Source: an uncultured Prevotella sp. (GTDB lineage: Bacteria; Bacteroidota; Bacteroidia; Bacteroidales; Bacteroidaceae). From it: 64,000 bases of DNA. Positions 37,611 through 47,081 of the stretch are shown here, piece after piece. Every line of letters starts with the position of its first letter. The stretch's first letter is position 1. The translations under genes and the position numbers were made by a program. The stretch covers positions 11,797-75,796 of the forward strand of contig CAYLUI010000010.1 in NCBI GenBank assembly GCA_964386825.1. The letters are read 5' to 3'. The notes under the pieces were generated by a model. It saw only the letters and a program-made list of their open reading frames with translations, was not told the origin of the DNA and did no database searches.

Positions 37611-39125
37611 TTAATCCTTATCTTTATACAATGTTGCAACATTACAGTGGAGATTACCGCCTGCAACAGGATTGAGCCATGTGACACGAACGGTATGTGA
37701 AGAAGAAGGTAATTGATAAGCCCAACAAAGTTCCTGGCTACGCTTCTTGAAATCTACAGGGAGAGACATTGTACGCACGTCTTCACCATCTATATTGACT
37801 TTAAGTTTGGCGCAATAATTCTTATCCCCCACATTGTTTATACTACCAGTGAGGGCAAAGCCCGTACCTGTAAAAGAAAACTCAACATCGGGGTTGGCAA
37901 ACTTATTGATTGACATACGACGGAATGGCACCATATTGACAAAGCCTTGCTCATAGCGGACTGGAGCAGGCTCTTGCAATTTGATAATGACATCATTTTT
38001 CTTAATCTTACCCCCACCCCGCTTTATCATCTCTAAGGCATGTTTGAAACTCATGTTATAAGTATCGATAAGTGAAGAATGGGTATAGGTAAATTTGATA
38101 TTTTCTGCCTCTTTTAGATTGTCAAGATACTTGTCGGGAATGTTGGCATAACCAAGCAATGTGCCCAGAATGCCGCAAGCAGAGCTGGGATTGCAATCGG
38201 AGTCCTGACCACAACGTGTGGCAATATCCATAGTGCGGAAGAAATCACCATTACCATAAAGGAGTGCAATGGTAATATATGCGCTGTTTATGACGGCATC
38301 GATATCGTAAGGCATAAGAGCACCCTCTGGGCAACCGACATCTTCACTCCACTTGCATTGGCACTCAAACCATGTCTGTTTCCAATTGTTTGGATACTGT
38401 TTATGCCACTTAATGACATCCTCCATGCAACTGCGGAAACGTGTACCTTGAGGAATAGCCTTTATAGCCTTGTTGACCAAGGTCTTTACATCGGTGTTGA
38501 CGAAAGCAAGGGAGTAAAGCGTACTGACATATACTCCACCATACCATCCATCGCCATAACACATAATGTGACCGATACGGTCGGCAATGTGTGATGCAGA
38601 AATAGGCATGGCTGGAGACATTAGTCCGGCAAAGTCTGACTCAATCTGAAAATCCAGATCATCAGCATGTGGATTGTTTAGCCAAGAGCCAGATTCGGGA
38701 GGCATGACACCATTGAGAATATTATAACGTGCAGCCTGGTTGGCATGCCACAATTCATAATCGGCATTGGCAAAAGCTTCAGCGAAAGAATCCACCGGAG
38801 CATCAATGCCAAGTCTATCGATGACTTCAACAAAAGTTAAATCCATGTAAATATCATCGAAGAGTCCGACTCCATTTTCTATCTGATGCTTGATATTGCC
38901 TTTTTCCCAGCGAATAGGAACGTAATCCTGAATCATGGTACCTCGCCACTTAAACTCAGTAGGTCCGCCATACTGGCAACCTATGGTTTGTCCAGCCCAT
39001 CCTCCCTTTATCTTGTCTAAGAGGCAGTCTTTGCTTAATGTTATGTTTTGAGACTGCGAGTATGCAGGTAGGGAGAGTAGAGTGATTATGGCAAATGTAA
39101 AGATTTTAACAATGTTTTTTTTCAT
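37611..39125 (-). CDS. exported ADP-ribosylglycohydrolase-fold protein with a C-terminal beta-sandwich extension
   Basis: Signal peptide 'MKKNIVKIFTFAIITLLSLPAYSQ'. ARH-family blocks are 'DKIKGGWAGQTIGCQYGGPTEF' and 'ATRCGQDSDCNPSSACGILG'. About 150 extra beta-rich residues lie at the C-terminus. Confidence 0.7.
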   Translation of the reverse strand: MKKNIVKIFTFAIITLLSLPAYSQSQNITLSKDCLLDKIKGGWAGQTIGCQYGGPTEFKWRGTMIQDYVPIRWEKGNIKHQIENGVGLFDDIYMDLTFVEVIDRLGIDAPVDSFAEAFANADYELWHANQAARYNILNGVMPPESGSWLNNPHADDLDFQIESDFAGLMSPAMPISASHIADRIGHIMCYGDGWYGGVYVSTLYSLAFVNTDVKTLVNKAIKAIPQGTRFRSCMEDVIKWHKQYPNNWKQTWFECQCKWSEDVGCPEGALMPYDIDAVINSAYITIALLYGNGDFFRTMDIATRCGQDSDCNPSSACGILGTLLGYANIPDKYLDNLKEAENIKFTYTHSSLIDTYNMSFKHALEMIKRGGGKIKKNDVIIKLQEPAPVRYEQGFVNMVPFRRMSINKFANPDVEFSFTGTGFALTGSINNVGDKNYCAKLKVNIDGEDVRTMSLPVDFKKRSQELCWAYQLPSSSHTVRVTWLNPVAGGNLHCNVATLYKDKD

Positions 39126-41335
39126 TTCTTTAGTGGTTTAGTGGTTTCTTTCAATTTATAATAACAATAAAGTGGCCAAGTGTGTGGGTGTGAGCAGAGT
39201 CCCTGAAACCCTTGACGCGGATTGGGTACTGGTGCCCATTGAGTATAAAGTCCTGGCCGATAGAGAGAGGAATTGATCTCGTCGGGTGCTGTCCACTGTC
39301 CAATCCAGTATTTGGGATAACGACGTGCGAAGTTGTGGAATGATAACTTACGCATGAGTCGCCATGCTTGACCAGTGTCTATAGTTGCAACTCCGAGTAG
39401 ATAAGGATATTCTAGGGCAAACCATATTCCTCCGTCTTCTCCGTCGCCATGGTTACTCCATAGTGGTCGTTGGCGTGTGCGTATTCCTATGAGTTCGGGT
39501 GCTTCAAGACGGGAACCAACATAGTCGCTGATTTGGCGTTTGCGTTCAGGGGAGAGTGCAGGCGAGAGAAGAAGGAATCCCTGTGGTTCGAGGCAGACAT
39601 CGTCAAGACCGAACTTGTGGTCTTTGTCGAGATATGCCCTTGCCGCAAATGGACGGTCGCCAAGGTCACGAAGCATCGCCGTGGTTATCTCGTCAGTGTA
39701 CTCATTGAGAGCCTTGAGAAATTGTTGTGGGGCATGTCCTTGCAGCTGTTGAATGAATGACGGAAGTACTGCCATTGCCATAGCTGTGTTGAGCTGTGAC
39801 TCTGCTGTCCAATTGAAGACATTGGGTGAATACTTATGGAGAAATGAATCTGACCAGTCAGAGTTTTGGAGCTTGATTAGCCCGTTCTCCCCTCGCCCAA
39901 TCTCATCGCGTAGGTAGATGAATTGCTGTTGGAGTAGTTGGAGGACTGTTGATTTAATATGTGCCTCTGCCGGGTAGCAAATGATGGTGTCGCTGAGAAA
40001 CTTGCAGTCATGGGTTACTCGTAGGTATTCGGCAACAGCCATGAACATATATAGCTGCTGGTCGCTTTCCTTGTAGATTGTTGGAGGTGCATATCCATAG
40101 CCAACGTTCCATCTTGTAATCTGTCCGTTGGGGCGGGTCTGCTTGAGGACATAGCGTAGGGCTGACCTGGCAAGAGCCGGATTGGTGTAAATGGCTGGAA
40201 GCAGAGCCTGAAGGTGGTCGCGATTGGCGGCGTTTTCACCATAATGATATGAATATACGGAGCCTTGTGGTATGAAGGTCTCGTGAAAATATTCACTATA
40301 CTTGGCCGATGCTTCGACGAAGTAGGCGTTCCATAGCATCTCGGAGCGCATTTCGCTGTCAGTTTCATGGCTGAGGTCAGGAAGAACATTGCGCCATGCC
40401 TGCTCGCCAGGAAGATTGAGTGCGGGACGCTGTTCTCCGAAGCCTATAGCTACCTTTATTGTTTTAGACTCTGAAGGATTGAGAGTGAGGGTATCAGTGG
40501 CAGAAAGCTGATTGTAACTATTGCTGACTACTGCTGTAGAAGCTATCGACACGGATGGTGGGAGAGTTTCATAATAGGTAGCCTGCTCTGGATTGGGAAC
40601 AACGAGGAAGCGTTGCTGCCTTGCCCTTACTGCGACTGTGGCGTTATGAATGTCTGTTTGTGCCTTTGGTGCAGCCGTGTAGACATAATTCAATTGCGCT
40701 CTGTCGGTCTGCTGAAACCACATTGGTTGGAAATTGACGGGCATAACTTCACTATAAACAATATGGTGTTGGCGTTGGCTGTTGTTTGTAATAGTAACCG
40801 TGATGAGAAAAGATGGGCTTCCCTCTCCTACAGTCTGAGATGGTGCTACTGTCAAGACACGCTTAACAGTTATGTCTTGAGGTAGCTGATAATCGTATCT
40901 AGCGAATCCCACACCAAATCTGCGACGGCACAGCCTTGGATTAGCAGCGATGGATTTGATGCCTACCAAACTGTGTTGTTGTCCATCAACATCAATCGAA
41001 GCAGAATTTTGCCCATAGTTAGGTCCATCTGAGGATGCGTTCATTCGCGCCCATACCCTCTTTGCTGTAATAAGTTGATAAATGCCGCTGACATGGGTGA
41101 TAAGGGTAATGCGATGGTTGCCGAGGAGGAAGTATGGGTCCTCTGGGAGTTGTGAGTCTTTGCCGTGCTCATCAAGAGCTACGAAAGGCAGTGCTCCTGT
41201 ATATTCATAAGCAGGATGTTGGTTCTCAGTCCAATACCATAAGCCCAAGGCACTACCCTGCTGTCCTTTGGCTTGGACACCTAAGGACAGCAGACTGCAT
41301 AATATTATTAGTAACGAAGAGAATCGGATACTCAT
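39122..41335 (-). CDS. large secreted protein of unknown function (possible (alpha/alpha)6-barrel glycosidase/phosphorylase-like)
   Basis: Signal peptide 'MSIRFSSLLIILCSLLSLGVQA', taken from ATG M33 of the track ORF, which leaves 28 nt to the GH92 stop. The helical-repeat C-terminal half shows 'NSDWSDSF' and 'HGDGEDGGIWFALEYPYLLG'. No family could be assigned by eye. Confidence 0.35.
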   Translation of the reverse strand: MSIRFSSLLIILCSLLSLGVQAKGQQGSALGLWYWTENQHPAYEYTGALPFVALDEHGKDSQLPEDPYFLLGNHRITLITHVSGIYQLITAKRVWARMNASSDGPNYGQNSASIDVDGQQHSLVGIKSIAANPRLCRRRFGVGFARYDYQLPQDITVKRVLTVAPSQTVGEGSPSFLITVTITNNSQRQHHIVYSEVMPVNFQPMWFQQTDRAQLNYVYTAAPKAQTDIHNATVAVRARQQRFLVVPNPEQATYYETLPPSVSIASTAVVSNSYNQLSATDTLTLNPSESKTIKVAIGFGEQRPALNLPGEQAWRNVLPDLSHETDSEMRSEMLWNAYFVEASAKYSEYFHETFIPQGSVYSYHYGENAANRDHLQALLPAIYTNPALARSALRYVLKQTRPNGQITRWNVGYGYAPPTIYKESDQQLYMFMAVAEYLRVTHDCKFLSDTIICYPAEAHIKSTVLQLLQQQFIYLRDEIGRGENGLIKLQNSDWSDSFLHKYSPNVFNWTAESQLNTAMAMAVLPSFIQQLQGHAPQQFLKALNEYTDEITTAMLRDLGDRPFAARAYLDKDHKFGLDDVCLEPQGFLLLSPALSPERKRQISDYVGSRLEAPELIGIRTRQRPLWSNHGDGEDGGIWFALEYPYLLGVATIDTGQAWRLMRKLSFHNFARRYPKYWIGQWTAPDEINSSLYRPGLYTQWAPVPNPRQGFQGLCSHPHTWPLYCYYKLKETTKPLKK

Positions 41336-41363
41336 GTCGCTCCTTTTTGATTTGATTAATGTT

Positions 41364-43562
41364 CTACTTTCCCCAAGATGTGGGCTGGCTGCTAAGCTGG
41401 AAAATAATAGTTCCGCCATTGGCAATATCACTGTGGCTTATGAAAGGCTTGGTGATTGCCTTAGAACTGCTTTCCCTTGACCCGTCGGTTGCAGGAATGA
41501 ACTTGCATGACTTGACATATTCATTTTCCTTGCTTGCATTAGCAATGATGGAGAGTGTCTTGCCATTGCTGAGATGGAGCACTGCCTTGTCGACTGTAGG
41601 AGCAAATAGGTAATAAAAGTCCTGACCGGCATTGGGGAAGAACCCCATTGCGGCAAATACATACCAAGAGGCTAGTGAGCCTGTATCATCGTTACCTGGA
41701 TAGCCAGTGAGGTCGAATCCATTTTTCAACAACTGGCGCACCCAGTAGCTAGTCTTATCGGGTCTGCCTGCATGACAGAATCCAAAAGGCGCAAGGAAAC
41801 CCGGCTCGTTATCGTACTTCACCAGGTTGTTCTTGAAGCCATAATCGAGTCGTTCAACAAACTTCTTATTGCCTCCCATCAACTGGATGAGCTTTTTAAA
41901 GTCGTGAGGTACATAGTAACTATAAGTCCATGGACTTGCCTCATAAAACGCTTGTGACCATGAGCCTCCATACTTCTCTGCATTGAAGAAGGCGAATGTC
42001 CCATCTTTCTTACGGGCATCTATGAATCCTTTGTAACCTCGGCTTTCCATATTCGGATTCCATATATTCTGCCAATTCGCACTACGCTTCATGTATCGAG
42101 TATAGTCATCTTTAAATCCTAACTTTTGTGCCATTAGGGCAGCCGAGTAATCGTTATAGGCGAATTCCAATGTTTGCGAACTGCTCATTACACCTTCAGG
42201 TATATATCCCATTTGGCGATAATAGCTTACGGTAGCCCTATGTCCAATGCGGCAAGAGTCAGCATGATGCTTGACTATGGCGTAAGCCTTCTGCCAGTCC
42301 ACTCCTGGTATGTTTTTCAGGCAAGCCTCAGCAATGACATGGTCAATATCATTGCCGCCTTGCTCTGCCATACGTGCTCTGCCACAGATGTAACCATCTG
42401 TAACATTGCCATCACGGGAATAGACATCAATGGCAGTGTTGATGTTACCGGCAGCAACGGAATCATCAACAAGCATAAACAATGGATATACAGAACGATA
42501 GGTGTCCCAATAAGCATAGTTATCATCATAATAAGGTCTGTCATAATGGGAATCATGTGGATTATCGAGAGTACGGTCAGATATAGCCGTGAAAGCTCTG
42601 AAGAGAGAGGAATAGAAAATAGTTTTGCAATCATCGTCAGGTGTTTCGACTTCTATCTTTGACAATTGCTTATCCCAATTCTGGCGGGCTATATTCTTTT
42701 GATTATCAAAATCCCAACCTGGAATTTCATTATTAAGCAGAACTTCTGCACGATCACAACTTACAAATGATACAGCCAATTTGACCACAACTTGTTTGGC
42801 ACCTTGCACCCTGCAATAGGCACCAGCGTGAAGAGTGTCACCTTGTGATGTCTCAACAACTTTCTGATGTGGTGCAGTGGTATTGCCATGCCAAGTTCCC
42901 CAATCGGCAAATGGTTGCTCGCACTTCGCCACACAAAAGACATCATACTGTCCATTGATCCATCCGCCCTGATAACGGAGATGCATTCTTATTGTTCGTG
43001 TATCTGGATTGATATCTGTAGATGTAAGTATCACCTTGCCGTGCATGGTTGGCTCGATATCAGTAGCCAATGACTGCACAGCGTCGAACAATACAGACAT
43101 ATCTCCCGTGCCATCATTAGTAAACCTGTAGATAGCACTATGATGTGTAGGCACAAGCTCCACACGAGTATTGTAACGGTCAAGGTGTGTGCTGTAATAG
43201 TATGCCTTCGTCACGTCTTGGCTATGAGGAGAGAGATGATTTCGCAGCATTGTCTCCAACTTTCCGGTTTGTGGAGAAATGAGGAAATGACCATAGCTGC
43301 CCCATCCAGTTCCACTAACATGGAGCTGACCGAAGCCCATGATAGGCTGAGTTGGGTTATAGCAGTCCATATTTCCTTTTGGTGTCTGTGGAGATGGAGA
43401 TATGCTGCTGAAAGGCATACGGGGACCTACAACACAGTTGTTGTAGCGTTTATCGGTAAGCCCTACGCTTGTATTGACATAATCCGCAAGGTGTTTTACG
43501 GTTTGTCCGAAAGACGCCAATGAAAATAATATTCCTATGGCAAGTAAAGAAGTTTTTTTCAT
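41364..43562 (-). CDS. GH92-family alpha-mannosidase
   Basis: Signal peptide. GH92 blocks are 'VGPRMPFSSISPSPQT', 'HVSGTGWGSYGHFLISPQ' and 'YPGNDDTGSLASWYVFAAMGFFP'. Confidence 0.88.
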   Translation of the reverse strand: MKKTSLLAIGILFSLASFGQTVKHLADYVNTSVGLTDKRYNNCVVGPRMPFSSISPSPQTPKGNMDCYNPTQPIMGFGQLHVSGTGWGSYGHFLISPQTGKLETMLRNHLSPHSQDVTKAYYYSTHLDRYNTRVELVPTHHSAIYRFTNDGTGDMSVLFDAVQSLATDIEPTMHGKVILTSTDINPDTRTIRMHLRYQGGWINGQYDVFCVAKCEQPFADWGTWHGNTTAPHQKVVETSQGDTLHAGAYCRVQGAKQVVVKLAVSFVSCDRAEVLLNNEIPGWDFDNQKNIARQNWDKQLSKIEVETPDDDCKTIFYSSLFRAFTAISDRTLDNPHDSHYDRPYYDDNYAYWDTYRSVYPLFMLVDDSVAAGNINTAIDVYSRDGNVTDGYICGRARMAEQGGNDIDHVIAEACLKNIPGVDWQKAYAIVKHHADSCRIGHRATVSYYRQMGYIPEGVMSSSQTLEFAYNDYSAALMAQKLGFKDDYTRYMKRSANWQNIWNPNMESRGYKGFIDARKKDGTFAFFNAEKYGGSWSQAFYEASPWTYSYYVPHDFKKLIQLMGGNKKFVERLDYGFKNNLVKYDNEPGFLAPFGFCHAGRPDKTSYWVRQLLKNGFDLTGYPGNDDTGSLASWYVFAAMGFFPNAGQDFYYLFAPTVDKAVLHLSNGKTLSIIANASKENEYVKSCKFIPATDGSRESSSKAITKPFISHSDIANGGTIIFQLSSQPTSWGK

Positions 43563-43575
43563 ATTCTGAGTTGTA

Positions 43576-44823
43576 TTATTTTTCCTTAAAGTCTGCTATA
43601 TAGACGCTTCTTGTACTATCGACCAAAGCATTGAATACCACTTTACGCCCATCACGCGTCCATGCCGGATGTGCGTCAACCCTAAACTCAAAGTTAGTGA
43701 TTGGAGGCAAATACACCTCAGCAAGATGATATTCTGTCTGATCTTTAAGATTAATGATACGTATAGGTATCATTCCATTAGGGAGATTCATTTCGTAAGG
43801 ATAGGCATCAGTAACCATATAAGGAATGCCTCGCGGATTTGCTGACGGATGTCCTGAACCGACAGGATAGATTTGTTTCAGTTCGGTGCCGTCATAACGC
43901 ACGCTAATAATCTCATTGCCTGGTTTACCATCAATATTAAGATTCATGGACAGATTCACTCCATCGGGCATCCAGTTTACATGATGTCCGCCCTTAGCCC
44001 ACTGGTCAGGAGTGATAGCTGTGTGCATATCAGTCCCATCTGGCTTCATGGTGATTACAGCGCGTCTGCGTTCTCCACCTGTCAATGGTGTCCACTGAAT
44101 GGTTGTAAGAAGACGAGTGCACTGCGGATTCCATTTGACCTGAAAACAATAGTATTCGTAGTTCTGGGGATCATCAATTTTTATAGACGGTGTTGTATGC
44201 TGATATATGTCGGCCACAGATGCTATCATCTTGCATGTATTCGTCTTAAGATCTGTCAGATATAAGCCGTCATTGCTGACTGGACCAATATTGTGAATCA
44301 GCAAAGAGTCAGGTATGACAACTCCATAGCCCACCTGTGCAAGGCGTGATTTCACCAGATTATAACTCAATAGCGACTTTCCATCAGGAGAAGCCATAAA
44401 TACAGTGCCGGCACAACGACGCTTATGCCCCGTGCGAAAATCCACCTCCACAGCATAAGGAAACCACGTCTTGGTATCCACGTCATTATAATAGAGTTGT
44501 TTGTCCGTCTTGCCCCACTGGACGTTAGCACCCAACTGCATTTCCCAGCCACGAGTAGGAGTACTGTAAACTTCCTTTCCTGTTTTAAGGTCGATAACTA
44601 TTACATCGCCAGTATCACCAGGAATAGGCGAATGGCTTTCATAGGGGAAACGAAACAAAGCAATATATTTGCCCGACGGACTAATAGGTGATGTATCAAA
44701 AAAACGATGTATGGTGGCACCCTTAGCAATAAGGCACAAGCCATTGTCACCCGAATGGCTACGGGCAAACAAAGATGTTACTGCAAAAGCAAGCAATAAA
44801 AATGACAATAATCTTTTCATCAT
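43576..44823 (-). CDS. TolB-like beta-propeller protein, PL22 (oligogalacturonate lyase)-like
   Basis: Signal peptide. The C-terminal part 'IRIINLKDQTEYHLAEV...RVDAHPAWTRDGRKVVFNALVDSTRSVYIADFKE' parallels, from memory, the Ogl tail '...HPHPSFTPDDKQILFTSDVEGKPALFIADLPE'. Confidence 0.4.
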   Translation of the reverse strand: MMKRLLSFLLLAFAVTSLFARSHSGDNGLCLIAKGATIHRFFDTSPISPSGKYIALFRFPYESHSPIPGDTGDVIVIDLKTGKEVYSTPTRGWEMQLGANVQWGKTDKQLYYNDVDTKTWFPYAVEVDFRTGHKRRCAGTVFMASPDGKSLLSYNLVKSRLAQVGYGVVIPDSLLIHNIGPVSNDGLYLTDLKTNTCKMIASVADIYQHTTPSIKIDDPQNYEYYCFQVKWNPQCTRLLTTIQWTPLTGGERRRAVITMKPDGTDMHTAITPDQWAKGGHHVNWMPDGVNLSMNLNIDGKPGNEIISVRYDGTELKQIYPVGSGHPSANPRGIPYMVTDAYPYEMNLPNGMIPIRIINLKDQTEYHLAEVYLPPITNFEFRVDAHPAWTRDGRKVVFNALVDSTRSVYIADFKEK

Positions 44824-44850
44824 ATGTGGTCATATTATTTATACATGATA

Positions 44851-44858
44851 CAAAGTTA
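44851..44858 (-). promoter_or_regulatory. candidate -7 box (TAACTTTG on minus strand) for the six-gene operon 44823->33971
   Basis: Plus-strand CAAAGTTA, 28 nt upstream of the ATG at 44823, inside the only sizeable gap (125 nt) in this part of the array. Confidence 0.4.
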
Positions 44859-44948
44859 GATAATATTTACCACATCATAATGGAAATTGTTTACAGATAA
44901 AATGGATTATTATTGCTAGCTTTCACAGGAACCTTTTGAAAAGAACAA

Positions 44949-46889
44949 TTATCTATTTGAAGAGTAAATACTGTTCAGTTTGTCATAAGACACGCCTCTT
45001 ATGTTTTCACTCCATTTGCTGAAAGGCTGCAATCTGGGGTCTCCGCTCCAGCCTGCTCCAACATAATAGACAATAGGTTCACTATTTTTCACTCGCAAGA
45101 TGAGATATTCATCATTCCCCTCTTTCTGATAGCCGTCTGTCTTTGCAGGGTCTGCCACGACACATGTTCCTATCTGTCCGTCTTTATCACTGACAGTCTC
45201 TATAAGAGAAAGCAAACATAACGATTGTTTTTTCTCTACAATTGCCTTGCCAAAATCAGCAAGACCCACTGCCAACAGAACATCCTTTCCATCAGAAGTC
45301 TCTATAGTTTGAGAGACACGATAGAACGGCGTCCCATTAACCATTGAGATTACTTTACTTTCATAGATAGTCTGCGCCCCTGCCTTATAAGGCTGATAAT
45401 CTAGCCTAAAGGCAATATGGTCCTCATCATTTTGAATAATTCGATAATTAGCATAAGGCTCAGAAACATACATTTTCCCATCTTTCCAGATGGCAGTACC
45501 TCCACAGCCTCTGTCTTTACCTACAGTATAAAAGTCATATCCTTCACCTCGATCACTATGATAATCCTTGCCCTGATCATTCAGCGCATACCAACCATCG
45601 ATAACAGAATAGGCTACAGACTTTGCCCAAAGATCTACGCCACTACCGACTTTATCTTTTACCAATCGTGAATAGACTCTGAAAGCAATCCTGTCGTTCT
45701 CCCAGGCTATATCATTGCTACGTTCTGGAACAAAACGAACATTAGTTCTCGGCAATCTTTGTGTTATGGATGATCCCAACTGATGCTGGAGTTTTACTTC
45801 CCTTATGCCTAGCCGTAACGCTTGAGAAAAAGCTAAAACAATTGGACCAAAGGCATGAGCATCGTTGAGATAAGTAGGATGTTTACGATAATCCTCCTTT
45901 GTTCCTTTATTCGGGCACAAACAGCTCCAACAAGCATTACCGACAGAGCCTTCACTAGAAACATAGCCAGCCAAGCCCTCAAGTCCTTTATAGAAAGCCT
46001 TGACGTATTCCTTTCCTAAAATTTTTGCCTCAATTGCTTTGCCCATACCATAAAGCAATAGCCCTGTCCCTGATGATTCTGGGTAAGAGGTGAAATCTGT
46101 CATTTCTTGATGCCACATCCCATTACTGTCCTGATATTTCAGTACACAGGCATAGAATTGTTTTATCAATGATTCCACTTCCTTACGGCGCAGGTGATTT
46201 CTCGGCAAATCGACAGCCAAAGCGCCCAAAGCCAGGGTTCCCCAACCATTGCCACGACTCCAGCAATCCTGAGAGACACTACCTTTACCATTAAAACCTC
46301 TTCCTTGATGTATCAGTCCTGTCTTGGAGTCATAGAGAATATGGAACAAATCAACAGTTTCCTTTACAGCCATATCAATATAGCTTTCATTGTGATCAAT
46401 TAGGCCTGCATACAGCATAAAAGGAGTCACAGCGAAAGCCATATCTATGAATACCTGTTCATTTTCCTTCGACACCCATGATGGAACCATAAGCCCTTCT
46501 CCTGAACGGTTTTGCTCTTTCATCATACGGGCAGCAGCTCGTAACACTTGTGGCCTTAATGAGTTTTCACCATGATAAGCCATAAAAGCAGCACCACTTC
46601 CACCAGCTTCATAAGAAATAAAACTGCCTCCTCCTTTTATTTCTCCGGTACCAAATTGACGCAATATCTCGACAGCCTCAGCATATAAAGAGTCCGATTT
46701 GGAAGCTAAGGATAATTCACACATTCCTTGTAACAACAAGCATCCTTCGTATCCTTTGATATCAGATTTTTGAATACCCTTTTTAAAAGCCAATTCCGCA
46801 ATATGCTGCGTGCTTACGTTAATGGTAGGTCTTGACAATGCACGCCCTACCACTAACAGCAGCAAGAAACATAATAATCTTACCTTCAT
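44949..46889 (-). CDS. GH105/GH88-type unsaturated uronyl hydrolase fused to a DUF4861-like domain
   Basis: The N-terminal (alpha/alpha)6 half shows 'DCWSRGNGWGTLALGALAVDLP', 'QDSNGMWHQ' and 'YPESSGTGLLLYGMGKA'. The C-terminal half shows 'IAWENDRIAFRVYS', 'VDLWAKS', 'DYHSDRGEGYDFYTVGKDRGCGGTAIW'. Confidence 0.7.
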   Translation of the reverse strand: MKVRLLCFLLLLVVGRALSRPTINVSTQHIAELAFKKGIQKSDIKGYEGCLLLQGMCELSLASKSDSLYAEAVEILRQFGTGEIKGGGSFISYEAGGSGAAFMAYHGENSLRPQVLRAAARMMKEQNRSGEGLMVPSWVSKENEQVFIDMAFAVTPFMLYAGLIDHNESYIDMAVKETVDLFHILYDSKTGLIHQGRGFNGKGSVSQDCWSRGNGWGTLALGALAVDLPRNHLRRKEVESLIKQFYACVLKYQDSNGMWHQEMTDFTSYPESSGTGLLLYGMGKAIEAKILGKEYVKAFYKGLEGLAGYVSSEGSVGNACWSCLCPNKGTKEDYRKHPTYLNDAHAFGPIVLAFSQALRLGIREVKLQHQLGSSITQRLPRTNVRFVPERSNDIAWENDRIAFRVYSRLVKDKVGSGVDLWAKSVAYSVIDGWYALNDQGKDYHSDRGEGYDFYTVGKDRGCGGTAIWKDGKMYVSEPYANYRIIQNDEDHIAFRLDYQPYKAGAQTIYESKVISMVNGTPFYRVSQTIETSDGKDVLLAVGLADFGKAIVEKKQSLCLLSLIETVSDKDGQIGTCVVADPAKTDGYQKEGNDEYLILRVKNSEPIVYYVGAGWSGDPRLQPFSKWSENIRGVSYDKLNSIYSSNR

Positions 46890-46901
46890 CTGTATGAAAA
46901 A

Positions 46902-47081
46902 TTAGAAGTTACGCTTTTCCAGATAACGTTTCAACTCATCACGAGACATAGGGAGTTTTCCTTTGTAGTTGTCAATCCAATTGAGGAAATCATTCTTTAT
47001 CTCCGTTAACCATACGCTGTCTATCTCGCCAGCTGTGTACTTTTTCTCTTTGATACGCAGTTGTCCAAACTCATCAGTCAT
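46902..47081 (-). CDS. 59-aa ORF translationally coupled (ATGA) to the RraA-like lipoprotein gene
   Basis: Hand translation: MTDEFGQLRIKEKKYTAGEIDSVWLTEIKNDFLNWIDNYKGKLPMSRDELKRYLEKRNF. Its ATG (47081-47079) overlaps the upstream TGA (47080-47078). It is 180 nt long, which is below the 60-aa cut-off of the supplied track. Confidence 0.4.
   Translation of the reverse strand: MTDEFGQLRIKEKKYTAGEIDSVWLTEIKNDFLNWIDNYKGKLPMSRDELKRYLEKRNF

Noticed and set aside
41336-41431. N-terminal extensions of track ORFs at 41336..41431, 52912..53028, 8550..8612, 5020..5067, 33826..33855, 14255..14290 and 37569..37592.
   Set aside because: The extensions overlap upstream genes or promoters, or begin with TTG/GTG. 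In each case an internal ATG gives a canonical signal peptide or family N-terminus.
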